From NCBI GenBank assembly GCA_965112735.1, contig OZ218959.1, positions 744,001 to 808,000 on the forward strand: a stretch of DNA of 64,000 nucleotides, in the 5' to 3' direction. The DNA comes from Phaeosaccion multiseriatum. Its lineage: Eukaryota; Protista; Ochrophyta, other classes. The first letter of the stretch is position 1. The number at the start of each line of letters is the position of its first letter. Below the pieces are notes generated by a model. It had not been told where the DNA came from. It made no database searches and saw only the letters and a program-made list of their open reading frames with translations. Below, one piece after another: positions 48,224 through 59,788 of this stretch. The position numbers and the translations under genes were made by a program.

Positions 48224-48304
48224 CTATGGAGTGGGTTATGGGGCCTGCCTGTGATGCAGAGGAGCAGGTGATGGATTTTTCGGCGTTGGGGCTCGTGAGC
48301 GGTG

Positions 48305-51300
48305 TGTGCTAAGCTGACGTAGAAAAGCTTAAGGGGTTTGGACCAAGTATTCGCCGCGCCTCTGGTGGGGCGTCGGTGTCCGTATTAAGTCTTTACTACT
48401 CACTTAGAGCTTGCAAGAAAAAGAGTGCTCTCCACACGCTTTCTATCTATCCCCCCTGGGTCAGGGGTGTCCATGAAGGTTACACTCATATTTCTGTGAC
48501 CCCTGAATGTATGACCAACACTGTATAGGACAATAGCACACTACCCCCAAGCGACAGCCCGAGCCGTCAAAAGAGGAAAGAAACTATCCCAGTACCTAAC
48601 GCAACGCTTACCGCTTCTTGCGCGTACGCTTGCGCTTGGGCGCTACTACCCGCTCTGCGTTCCGCTCCGAGAGGGCCCGCAAGTAGGCTCGGACTGCGCT
48701 GATTCGCTGTTTGTCCGGATGCTTGGCGAGATACTGCTCCACTGCTTGGGGTGTATCCGCCATAAGCTGCTCGATGGGCTCCTCGCTGTTCTCGACTGCG
48801 TCGAAGCCTCTCCACTTGACGATTAAGAACCAGCTGCCATCAGCACGCCTAACCAGCCCCTCAAAAGACTCGACTACGAAACTCTGAGTGCTGTGTGAGA
48901 TCTGGTGGAGGACGTCGGTAGTAAGATTGACATCATTGTCGCAGTAGTAGCGTAGCCGGTTGATGTGCACGTCCAAAGTGCGCTTCTGTCCCACTAACTC
49001 CTCAATGCGATATACGTGGTGCTCGAGAGCCTCAGTCACTCGGCAAGGACCATGCCATCGGCCAACGACCTTGCTCGTAGGCCCCACTGACGCCACCGTC
49101 ACAAATACTCCAGGTTGGAAAATTGACTCGCTGGCGAGCTCGCGCGCGCGATCAAGATCCTTCCTGTGCTCGGCGCCACGCCGCCCCTGCAACAGACGCG
49201 CATTGATGCCATCACGCTTGCGCTCCCTGATCTTGGAGAGGTGCTCCTCGACCCGTGTACGTAACTGCTCCCGAATTTGCTGCAGCCCCTCAGCCATCGT
49301 GTCGACCTGCGCTTGTGTGAGTTGCTTCAACTCCACCTTCTGCGCTCGATCAGCATCATGAAGCATAACCGTGTCGATAGGGCGCTGAGGTACATGGCCT
49401 GAATGCAGCTCAATCGGAGACTTGCTGGAACGACTGCTCTTGGTGCAACTGTTCTCGATGGACTCGACCACTGGTAGAAACTGCGGCCACGACTCTGGTA
49501 GTGCCCTCATCTCTGATAGTAGCGGCTGCATAAGCTTCTGAAGCGTTTGCACACCGCGCTCCCCAAGTCCACGGCTATAAGCCGCATGTGCCACCACAAA
49601 ATGATGATCACACCTCAACATTGCTCTCAGCTCGCTCATCACCTCATTGAGGAAATGACTGCCTCTGTCACTCTGCCATCGAGGCACAATGCCATGCTGA
49701 GCAAACCATCTCAGCAAAGCCCGCGCGCACCCTCGTGCGGTAGCCTCATAGCACGGCTCGTACATTGTCAAGGACGAAAAGTCATCAAAAATGCATAGCG
49801 CGTACTGTACTTGAATCTGCATGAACCCATCAGGTCCATCAACCCAAATGATACCCTTGCCCATCTTGACATAGTCAAACCATATCATCTGCTGGGGCTT
49901 GGTAGCATGCCATTGACCCAAAAGCGGTCGAGGAACGCGCAGCCCTACGCCATTGCTAAGGCAATGAATACACTCGTTCACAAAGCGCTTGATATCCTCC
50001 TGCTGGCCATGCCAAACAAAGTCCTTCCCTACAGCTTCCAGCGTGTTGGTCATCCCACGATGGCCCATGCCCCCCTGGTGGGCCACTACGCTGAGCCGAA
50101 GGCGCAAGTCCTCTGCCTTACGCGGTATCCAAATCTTTGACTGCTGAGCGTTGTCATCTGTGCTACTTTTTGCTCGAATCAGACCGCCGTCGCCAGTCTG
50201 TGAGAGAAGCAGTTGGCGACCACTCTCTCCCACCTCTTTGCCAGCGTCCAGGAGCTTTGCAAAGGCCTCCTGCTGAACGCTGACAATCTCCTGCTCCGTG
50301 GGCCAAAGAAAGTCAGGCGCCATCATGTCAAAGACCTGCATGGCTCCGAATTTCCCGCCTCGTAGAGCCAACACGCAAGGCGCTGCATGGCTCGTCCTCT
50401 TGCGCCAACGGCTCAGAGGGTCAGCCCACAAGTGCTTGTCGCCAGGCAAATGCATGATTGTATAGTCAAATGCCTGCAATCGAAGTGCCTGTCGCTGCAG
50501 CCGCTCTCGCATGGGTTTGGTCAGACCCGGGTACTGTGGGTCGTTAGACCAGAGAAAAGCCAAATTGCGATGGTCGCAGAAAATGTATACCTTCCTCGCC
50601 CCTACCAAAGCGTATTCATTCTGAATCACAGTCCGGTAAGTGGCATCTGCCTCTTTGTCCACAGTTGCTCGCTTGAGCTCATGCTTCCCAAAGCCACCTG
50701 AACAGAAAGCTACAGGCTCCATGTCCATCTCGTCAAGAGGAAGACCCACGTTCTCGGGTCTACACTGTGCGATCATGCCCCCCCAGTAGCGGTCACTGGC
50801 GTCTGCAAACACTAGTACTACCTGCTCAGGGTCCGGGTGAGCGCGCACCGTGTTCTCTGCGAGCACGCGCTTGATCCCCAAGAAAGCCGCGTCATGCTCA
50901 GCTGTCCACCTCTTGTCTAGTTGAATAGTTGCAGCCACAGCCTTAGAGCGCTTGTGCTGATGCGGTTTGGCATTAGCCTCCCCCAAACACTCATTCAACA
51001 AGTCATACAGAGGCCCCACCCACTGTGCGAAATCTTTCACCCAGCGGTTGAACCACTGTATTCCACACAGGAACGTCATCAGATCGCCCGCTGTCTCCGG
51101 CGTACCCAAGTCTGTCAGACCTTGAATTCGCTCCGGATCGTGACGAGTACCATGTCTGTCATGCACTCTGCCCACGAACTTCAACTCACTTCCGAAACTG
51201 AATGAGCTGACTCCCATCTTCAAGTTCTTCTCGTGAAGCTTGTCCATGGTGAGTTCGGTCCTCTCGACCAGCTCCTCACCCTCGATAGCCCAGTAGGCGA

Positions 51301-54084
51301 TATTGTCAATGTACACAGCGTGAGTCTTACCGACTTCCTCGCGAAAGACCTCGCTCATGGTACCCTGCACATATGCCGCTGAGTTGAGGGCTCCCTGTGG
51401 TACTCTCGTAGGAGTCACCTTTGCGTCTGCGGTTATGTAAGTGAAATGCTCCTGGCACCACTCCTCGAGCGGAAATTGCCAAAAGAAATCCTTGCCATCA
51501 ATCTCAATAAACCATCTGGCCCCTCGCAGTGCGAGAGAGATAGTCTCCGTGTCAGTCATACCGAAATCAACCTTGACTGTGTTTGCGTTAGCTGCCCGAA
51601 GGTCACACACCAGTCTGTACTTACCGGGCTTTCCCGGCTTTCCCACTGCGAAGGCTCGGTTAGAATACACGCTCTGCGGGTTGCTGTAGCCAAAGCCCTT
51701 GTCTACCATTTTATTGGTGAACTCGCGCACAAAGGCCGCCTTCGGACCGGGTTGCTTGATAGGGAGCTGCGAATGTGGTTCAGAGCTCTTGAACTGCACC
51801 TTCATCGGCTCAACCTTAGCAGCACCGTCCTCCCACAGTAACTCATCCCGCCACACGTCAGGCCACTTCAGTAGTGCCCTCAGCATCGGTTCTTTCAACC
51901 GCTCGGGAAAATCATGCTCTGCTATAGCATTGTCGACGACTGACCCCAAACGTGCCTCTAGGCTCTCGTATGTGGGCGGCAGTCCGTCCTCAGGTTGCTG
52001 AATGGTAACAGCTACACCGTCATACTGTTTGATCTCTTCATTGTTAAGGTGGTAGGTTCCTACCGATCCTACTATGGGCGTCTTGCCCGTCCCCTGCTCA
52101 ACAGGAAACAAATCGTCACTCTCCTCTGAGGGAGCTGACGAAAAGAGACTCATCACTCTACCTGCGCTGGAGCTAAGAGGCTCTGCCTCCTTCTCCTTCT
52201 CCGCAGTCTCTCGTTCGCGACGCAAAGCTTCTTCGCTATGCATCGTCTCGAACTGGGCTCGGATGGATGATAGTCCAAAAGCCTTCTGAAGAGGACGACC
52301 TAGACACATCATGTCGATCTCCTCCAACACGTACGCATTGCGCAGACTCTCTTCCATCTGAAGGGTACTCACTGGCCCCCATGGAAAGTCAAACAACAAA
52401 TGCGCTCCTGTCAAAACCTGCGTGGCTTCGACCAGGCCATTTCCAGTCTTGAGGCTCCGGGGTTTAATGACTGTGAGCTCGCCACCTCGCCCGAGCGCAA
52501 CAAACTTGTCTGCATCTCGGCGGGAGATAACCAGCCCCACATCACAGCCCGAGTCCCAAACTGCGGAAATCTTCAGCCGTGCGGCTTCCGACACCGTCTC
52601 AGATGGGTTGGCGACGAGATCAACTGTGACTCTCTCCCCTTCCACATCCTCTGCTACGGCTCCTGCATCTGCCTCTGCTGATGCCAGGACCTTAATGTGC
52701 GGGTGTTTCTTCTTATAGTCCGCCCACAGCCGATCTTTCTGATCTTGGGAGGTCGTTGGGCACTTCCTGAGGGTGTGGGCTAACCCACATGAAAGACACT
52801 TTCCAGAGAAAGGGCGTGGCTCCTTAGCCCCCCCTCCTCCGGCAGGCTTAACATCCTCCTTGGGTTTTGCTTCAACCGGACCACCACTCGCAGCTGCACC
52901 ATTCTTGGCCGCCGCCTGCTCTTGCTTCTTCTTCTTCCAGGCGGGCTCTCCCCCCTTTCCAGAATTAGCAGAGCTGCCTCCTCCCGTCTTCTTCAAGTTG
53001 GGCAAGGCCTGTTCCGCCGTGAGATTCGCTCGCGCGGCAGCAGCTCGAGCATTAGCCCACCCCATGTGGATATCAAGCACGAGCTCAAACCACTGCTTGT
53101 AGTTCTTGTCCCAATCAATCGAGCTCTGCCACTGTCTCTCGGCATCTTTAATGAGCTTCACCATATTGGAATCAAATCGGCTCAAGACACTGTTGAAAGC
53201 AAACCTGATGGACTTCGTAGCCGCCTTATCTTTGGGCAGCCACCAATTGTCTGCAGTGCCATCCTCCGTCTGCAAGAGGGAGCTGAAGGAGCTGTTCTTG
53301 ATCATACCCAAAAACTCCGTGTGGGCATATATTAAAGCCTCCTTCAGCGCTCCGGCGTTCTCACGATTCGCACATTCTATCGTGATCTCGTCGGCAATAG
53401 ATGCAAGTGTCTCTCCTTGCACGTCGCTCTCAGAATGTTCCTTCAACCAATCCTTGAGCCATTTCTTCACGTTCTCAGTGTTCAGCTCTGTTACCTGTAC
53501 CTTTAACTCAACGCTGGCTTGCGTTCTCAGAACAGGGTCCAACAAAGTAGCCATGTCGGGAATGCGAGCTTGCTGTCTAGCGAGTCTCATTCTCTCTGCG
53601 CACCTCTCATAGCCATACACAAAGGTGTTCACTCTGATCGGAGTCTTCTGCCCTTTAAGAATCGGCCAATCTCCTCTCCAATCGCTGGTGTCATACTTAT
53701 CCTGCTCTGAAGGCGTAACCATCCTCCTAGGTTCCCCTAGAAGACTGCACTGATGTCTGTCGCTGCTGATGTCTCGTTGGACGTCTCCTCAGAACTCCTG
53801 CAACTGCTGTTATTCTTCTTTCGCAACTCTTTATGCGAGAACTAGTTCTGTGCTAAGCTGACGTAGAAAAGCTTAAGGGGTTTGGACCAAGTATTCGCCG
53901 CGCCTCTGGTGGGGCGTCGGTGTCCGTATTAAGTCTTTACTACTCACTTAGAGCTTGCAAGAAAAAGAGTGCTCTCCACACGCTTTCTATCTATCCCCCC
54001 TGGGTCAGGGGTGTCCATGAAGGTTACACTCATATTTCTGTGACCCCTGAATGTATGACCAACACTGTATAGGACAATAGCACA
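48305..54084 (-). mobile_element. Chromovirus family B, copy 2, intact and very recent
   Basis: LTRs 48305-48540 and 53849-54084 appear identical; 4-bp TSD ggtg. Confidence 0.97.
48608..53722 (-). CDS. gag-pol: Gag-Pol polyprotein (Gag, PR, RT, RH, IN, chromodomain), 1704 aa
   Basis: Single uninterrupted ORF in Ty3/Gypsy domain order; C-terminal basic NLS-like PKRKRTRKKR. Confidence 0.96.
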   Translation of the reverse strand: MVTPSEQDKYDTSDWRGDWPILKGQKTPIRVNTFVYGYERCAERMRLARQQARIPDMATLLDPVLRTQASVELKVQVTELNTENVKKWLKDWLKEHSESDVQGETLASIADEITIECANRENAGALKEALIYAHTEFLGMIKNSSFSSLLQTEDGTADNWWLPKDKAATKSIRFAFNSVLSRFDSNMVKLIKDAERQWQSSIDWDKNYKQWFELVLDIHMGWANARAAAARANLTAEQALPNLKKTGGGSSANSGKGGEPAWKKKKQEQAAAKNGAAASGGPVEAKPKEDVKPAGGGGAKEPRPFSGKCLSCGLAHTLRKCPTTSQDQKDRLWADYKKKHPHIKVLASAEADAGAVAEDVEGERVTVDLVANPSETVSEAARLKISAVWDSGCDVGLVISRRDADKFVALGRGGELTVIKPRSLKTGNGLVEATQVLTGAHLLFDFPWGPVSTLQMEESLRNAYVLEEIDMMCLGRPLQKAFGLSSIRAQFETMHSEEALRRERETAEKEKEAEPLSSSAGRVMSLFSSAPSEESDDLFPVEQGTGKTPIVGSVGTYHLNNEEIKQYDGVAVTIQQPEDGLPPTYESLEARLGSVVDNAIAEHDFPERLKEPMLRALLKWPDVWRDELLWEDGAAKVEPMKVQFKSSEPHSQLPIKQPGPKAAFVREFTNKMVDKGFGYSNPQSVYSNRAFAVGKPGKPGKYRLVCDLRAANANTVKVDFGMTDTETISLALRGARWFIEIDGKDFFWQFPLEEWCQEHFTYITADAKVTPTRVPQGALNSAAYVQGTMSEVFREEVGKTHAVYIDNIAYWAIEGEELVERTELTMDKLHEKNLKMGVSSFSFGSELKFVGRVHDRHGTRHDPERIQGLTDLGTPETAGDLMTFLCGIQWFNRWVKDFAQWVGPLYDLLNECLGEANAKPHQHKRSKAVAATIQLDKRWTAEHDAAFLGIKRVLAENTVRAHPDPEQVVLVFADASDRYWGGMIAQCRPENVGLPLDEMDMEPVAFCSGGFGKHELKRATVDKEADATYRTVIQNEYALVGARKVYIFCDHRNLAFLWSNDPQYPGLTKPMRERLQRQALRLQAFDYTIMHLPGDKHLWADPLSRWRKRTSHAAPCVLALRGGKFGAMQVFDMMAPDFLWPTEQEIVSVQQEAFAKLLDAGKEVGESGRQLLLSQTGDGGLIRAKSSTDDNAQQSKIWIPRKAEDLRLRLSVVAHQGGMGHRGMTNTLEAVGKDFVWHGQQEDIKRFVNECIHCLSNGVGLRVPRPLLGQWHATKPQQMIWFDYVKMGKGIIWVDGPDGFMQIQVQYALCIFDDFSSLTMYEPCYEATARGCARALLRWFAQHGIVPRWQSDRGSHFLNEVMSELRAMLRCDHHFVVAHAAYSRGLGERGVQTLQKLMQPLLSEMRALPESWPQFLPVVESIENSCTKSSRSSKSPIELHSGHVPQRPIDTVMLHDADRAQKVELKQLTQAQVDTMAEGLQQIREQLRTRVEEHLSKIRERKRDGINARLLQGRRGAEHRKDLDRARELASESIFQPGVFVTVASVGPTSKVVGRWHGPCRVTEALEHHVYRIEELVGQKRTLDVHINRLRYYCDNDVNLTTDVLHQISHSTQSFVVESFEGLVRRADGSWFLIVKWRGFDAVENSEEPIEQLMADTPQAVEQYLAKHPDKQRISAVRAYLRALSERNAERVVAPKRKRTRKKR

Positions 54085-55803
54085 GGTGTGAACGTGGGCA
54101 ATGGGAGAGAAAAGGGCTTGTGGTTTGCTGTGCTTGCGCGACTTACTTGCGGCAGTAGGGATGGATTATCCTCTTGCTATCGGGCTCGGTGGTCGATGGA
54201 TTGGTGCAGCAGCGCTTGAGATATTGGACTTGTTCGTTTTTCGGGACCGCAGCACCGAGGTGTTTTGCATTCGTTGTATTGTTCAGCTGGTACAGCGGAA
54301 GTTCGCGGCGGACGATTGGAATCGCAGCGGAGTGGTCTTGGTACGGCGTATGCTGAAGGATAGCTTCTACGAGTTGATGTTCGAGGAGCTTGGAGTGGAA
54401 AACATGAGTGCTTCTGTGAGGGCATTTTCGGCTTTTCTACAGGGGTTGGTTATATGGACATTTTTGGATCTGTGATTCCAAAAAGAATTTGAATTTGCTG
54501 GATTGGACGCGCTTTGCTGCTTATGCTAGCCTTGCCAGCGGATTGCATAGTGTTTTTGCGTTGTATATACCGCATGGATGCTGCTGGAGCTGGTTACTTG
54601 GTGCTTGCTATGGAAATTGGATTATGCTGCTCTGCTTGTGGCTTTGTTTGGAGGTATTGCCGTCCTTTGATGACACACATTGAGACGAGGATTCGCTGCA
54701 CGCATTTGGGAGATTTGGTTTGCTTTATTTATGGGATTGCTGCTACTGCTACTGCTGCTTATTGCGAAGGGTCTGATCAACTCTTCTGGAACTCGCGAGC
54801 TTGATTTTCTTTTGGAGGCAACACTGCTGGCGCTACGACTTGGGGGGTTGGCATTGATCGGTATTCATGCTTCAGCTCGCTGTGTGCACAACGGGTACGG
54901 GTCGGTTAGTATGTGGTTGTTCTCATTTTTTTCTTTTTGGTGTTGTGTCACACCGGTATTTTCTTTTGTTTGTTGAAGAAGTTGGTGCTACGCTTTGGAA
55001 TATGGATGCTTTGCTGCTTTGCGCTGCTAGATGCATGGGGTTTTGGACTTTGTTTCTTTCCCCATTGGTTTGCTATAGTTCTATTAGAGGTTTGTGTGTG
55101 AGCTGCTCCTTTTCGCCTCACAGTTTTCTCAGTCCTTGGCTGGTTGGCCTCGGCCTTGGGGGGGGGAAGTTGTGGAGTCTCAAAGGTGTTTGGTATGTTC
55201 GAATCCGGATTGTCGCCATTTGGGGAACACGTGCTTCATATGAACGGCATGTCGCAGGAGGAGGATAGATAAGGAAGTGAGATTGATAAGGAAAGCTAAT
55301 ACACGCTCAACATAGGATAAGAATCCCTTTGCTTGTTGGTTGTCTGGGGTGTGTGGTCCGTCCCATATCCCAGGTGGCTCAGGGAAAGCTACTTCATCCT
55401 TGGCATGGGCCCCTTGAGATTGTAAATGTGGGTTCTTTGGCTCCTGCGTCTGCTCCGATCGCGAAGGATGGGCTGCGTGGCGGAAATGTTGCTCCTGTAA
55501 ATTGTATCTGTGTGAAGGAGTGTGATGGCAAGGAGAAAATGGTTTCGGTTCATCGCGTGAAGAAATGCTTCCATCCTGCTGACGCTGACGCTGATCGCCC
55601 AAAGGGTTTGCCTTCTGGCCTTTGCGAGTATTACCTTTCCCGTCGTATTGAAGGTCGTCGCATTGCCTTGCTGGAGGACGACGTACAGCCTGATGATGGT
55701 GGTGTTGGTGAGTGGATTTTTCGGCGGATTGTGGACCATCGCTTGACGAAGTTGACGCAGGGGCATACTTCGATTGAGTATTGTGTCGAGTGGGCGGATG
55801 GCT

Positions 55804-56077
55804 TGTAGCCAATCCCGCTATCGCTAGCAAGTCGGAAAGTGAGCCAATATTTGAAGAGATGGGTGCAAGGTTGTAAAGTTTGGAGGCCTTGCCTCAGCTC
55901 TAGTAAAGAACCGAGTCTCCTTTAGCTTTAGGGTGGATAAGCTAAGAGTGAGGGAGCGCCACAGACTACTACTCCCGGTGGGCTGTGTGCCACCTCATTG
56001 TGCCACGTAAGATGTCATATGGGCATGGTGACAGTTACACGTACTAAGGCAATGAATATGAGGCTGTAGGGGCAACA
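55804..56077. mobile_element. Solo LTR (family E), 274 bp
   Basis: tgtagcc...ggcaaca termini; 4-bp TSD ggct; interrupts the A chromodomain codons. Confidence 0.85.
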
Positions 56078-57485
56078 GGCTTGATATCGTGGGAGATGGA
56101 GACGACGCTGACAGAGGATCAGGTGATGTCGTATTGGCGGGATTTGCTTCGCAAGGGTGTGCCCGCTGCGCATTCTAAGAGTGTGCATGTGCGAAAGCGG
56201 ACGAGTCTATTGACTGAGTGGCAGGCCTTGCAGCGTGATGGGTTTGTAATTCCGGATGGGTTTGAGTTGCTTCCGAGGCCTGCTGACGCTGCTGCTTGTG
56301 CTAGGTTATTGAAGGTTGGGGCGGTGGTTTTCCACACGTTCAAGGTTTTGGAGCGGAAGACTGTGTGGTATCGTGGAGAAGTGAGTAAGGTGCGCAAGCC
56401 TCGACAGCGTACTGCAGGAGCCGAGCCTACCTATGTTATTAAGTTTGAGGATGGAGACCGCATGGAGCTGCCTTTGCCGTACGCCTCGTATTCTACTGCT
56501 ATGGAGCCAGAGATTGGAGATTCGTGCCTTTTGCGCAAACAGCCGTGAGGATTGGTTATATGGGCATTTTTGGATCTGTGATTCCGAAAAGAATTTGAAT
56601 TTGCTGCATCGGACGCACTTTGCTGTTTATGCTCGCCTTGTCAGCGGATTTCGCAGTGTTTTCGCGATGTATATGCCGCATGGATGCTCCTGGAGCTGGT
56701 TACTTGGTGCTTGCTATGGAAATTGGATTATGCTGCTCTACTTGCGGTTTTGTTTGGAGGTATTGCCGTCCTTTGATGACGCACACACATTGAGACGAGG
56801 ATTCGCTGCACGCATTTGGGATTTGGTTTGCTTTATTTATGGGATTGCTGCTACTGCTACTGTTGCTTATTGCGAAGGGTCTGATCAACTCTTCTGGAGC
56901 TCGAGAGCTTGATTTCTTTTGGAGGCAACACTGCTGGCGCTACGACTTGGGGGGTTGGCATTGATCGGTATTCATGCTTCAGCTCGCTGTGTGCACAACG
57001 GGTACGGGTGGGTTAGTATGTGGTTGTTCTCATTTTTCTTTTTGGTGTTGTGTCACACCGTTATTTTCGTTTATTTGCTGAAGAAGTTGGTGCTACGCTT
57101 TGGAATAGATGCTTTGCTGCTTTGCTTGCTGCTAGATGCATGGGGTTTTGGACTTTGTTTCTTTCCCCATTGGTTAGCTATAGTTCTATTAGAGGTTTGT
57201 GTGTGAGCTGCTCCTTTTCGCCCCACAGTTTTCTCAGTCCTTGGCTGGTTGGCCTCGGCCTTTGGGGGGGGAAGTTGTGGAGTCTCAAAGGTGTTTGGTA
57301 TGTTCGAATCCGGATTGTCGCCATTTGGGGAACTCGAGCTTCATATGAACGGCATGTCGCAGGAGGAGGATAGATAGGAAAGTGAGATTGATAAGTAAAG
57401 CTAATACACGCTCTACATAGGATATGAACCCCTTGCTTGTTGGTTGTCTGGGGGGTGTGGCCTGTCCCACATCCCAGGTGGCTCA

Positions 57486-59788
57486 GATGATCTCCAATGG
57501 AGACAAGCCAGTCCGCTTGCGCACAGCTGAGTTGAGACCATACATGACCAAGGGCAAGACTGACTCTCACTCCGTCGGCGGGAGCTTGTGCTCAGAGAGA
57601 ACTGCTCGAAAAGCCACAATGATCTGCCGCATTAGCTGCTCCACCGTGCCGTTGCTGTGCGCTACGTTAGCGACTGAAAAGTGATGATTCACCTTATAAA
57701 TGTCCGCCATCTCCCGCAAGAGCTGATTCTTGAAGTGAGTAGGCTGATCACTCACCCATATACTCGGCATGCCATGCTGAGAGGCAAACAGAAGAAGATC
57801 CCGTGCTGCCAGATTAGCGTGCACACTCGGGTGAGCCGTGAGTAGGCAAAGGCCGCTGAGGTCGTCCATCTGCACAAAGAGGTGTTTGTTCATACCCTTG
57901 TCAAACTCAGAGTCCGACTCTCCAATGCTGAGCCAGTCCATGTGATGCACCTCTCCAGGTTTGCTGCCATGGAGGGTCTCACCAAGGGGGCGGGGTATCT
58001 TGTCACCTGCCCTAGAGTCCACGCAGTGAAGGCAGTGCTTGATGAAAGCGCTGACGTCATCTGCCTTGCCGTGCCAATGTATCAAACGCAGCTGCTCCAT
58101 GGTTGCTGTCTTGAGCCTATGGCATGCTCCTCCTGCGTGCGCCTCTGTACACAACCGTAGCTGAAGCTGCTTGTCCGCTGCCGGAACCCACACCTCTCCC
58201 GCTGCTGTCTTGTAGAGCTCCATATCTGCATGCCACACGAGAGCAATATCTGAAACGGGCTCCACAATCTTGTCAGTCCCATCTACCCCTTCCCCCTTTT
58301 GAGAGAGTGGGGCATGCTCCTGTTGGCTAAACCTGAGAGCATCAAGGGACACGAGAGTGGGACACGCAGGGGGAGGGGGGGGAGGGAGGGAGAGAGTGTG
58401 CCGCTGCCGCACTGCCACTGGAGGCAATGCGAGAAAGCGGGAGATCATGTCTCCCCACACATTCTTCTCGCCCGGGAGGTGCTGCAAAAGAAACCGAAAT
58501 TGGCCGAGGATGACTGCCCAGCCTTGAAGGCGCTGTGCAGTAGCCTTGCTAAGGGCCGTAACATGCTGCTTCGGATCAAAAATGTAGCACACGTTGGCGT
58601 GGTCCGTATTGACAAAAACATCAGGGCCCCAGAGGAGGTAATCATACCGCAGAAATGCTTGTACCACTGGATACCCTTCCTTGTCCAATGTAGGCCAGTT
58701 GAGCTGACTGCCGGTGAAAAGGCCACTGCCAAAGGCCAGTGGCTCATGAGGGAGGTCCTCCAAAGACTTGCCGGGGGAGTACAGCTCCTTAGGGAAAGTC
58801 GTGATCATGGTGCCCCACCCAAAATGCGATGCATCTGTGTACAGGCACACGGCGTAGCCCTCCTTCAGAGTCGTGAGCGTGACCGCAGACCACAAGAGCT
58901 CCTTCGTCGCTGCAAACGCCGTTGCACACTCGGGCGTCCACGCCTCTGCTGTGATGGGCCGCTTCGCAGCCCGTGCTTTGCTGCGCACCTCCAGTCCGTC
59001 CAGAGTCTGATTGAGAAGCTGCTGGAGAGGGAGAGAGACACGAGCGAGGTCTGGGAGGTGGCTGCGGTACCAGTTGAGAGAGGCAAGGAACTGCATCAAT
59101 TGCCCTCCGTCTGTGGGGGCAGCCGAATCCACCAGCCCCTGTAGGCGTGCAGGGTCCTGCCCCACGCCATTTTCTCCACAAGTCACACCGCAGTAAGTCT
59201 GTTCCAAAGCATACAGTACAAACTTGGGTGCGCTGCAAAAAAGCTTGGCCTTCGCGAATCGATCGAAAACCAAAGTCAAATTGTTCAGCAAGTCATCATC
59301 GTCCTCGCCCCAAATCAGCACATCATCGAGCCACACCACACAGCATTTACCGAAAAGATCTCCGAGGATTGTCTGCATGGTGCTCTGGTAGTACTCGACG
59401 CTGATGCTCAGGCCTTGAGGGACTCGCGTCGGGGTGAAAAGGCCGTCCGGGGTGGCGATGGTGAACATCTCCTGACTTGCCTTGTCAACAGGGAATTGCC
59501 AATAGCCCTTGTTCATGTCTGCTACTGCAAGGCGCCTCGCCTTGGACAGTATCTGCTGCAGCTGGGGAATGATGGTCTCCATGGGCCAGTGCTGTGGGTG
59601 GAGTCCTTCGTTGACCACTCGGTAGTCCACCGTAGCACGAAAGCTTCCCGAAGCCTTATCTTTCCCGTCGCTCTTCTTGCCATTGCCCTTTTGGTCGCCC
59701 TTGTTGGCTTCCTTTTGCTTGCCGTCTTTCTTCTGTTTGGACTGCTTAGCCATCAACTGGTCTGCAGACCTGAAAAGCTTTGCCTCCT
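57486..59788 (-). pseudogene. pol: Gypsy family D pol fragment (RT-RH-IN)
   Basis: RATVDYR, DMNKGYWQ, PQG, WLDD, LYTDAS, CLHC, HMDW..SDQP..VEQ; premature stop at 57567; truncated at both ends. Confidence 0.88.

Larger units (their letters stand above)
46710..55381 (+). mobile_element. Non-autonomous family-A element inserted in A integrase
   Basis: LTRs 46710-46920 and 55171-55381; 4-bp TSD ggga; PBS and PPT. Confidence 0.92.
45304..57485 (+). mobile_element. Internally deleted Gypsy A copy (LTR 45304-~45506, integrase pieces 45507-46709, 55382-55803, 56078-56548, 3' LTR 57276-57485) with three nested inserts
   Basis: Integrase pieces are colinear with 26856..29988; outer flanks ccgg and gatg do not match. 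Confidence 0.85.
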
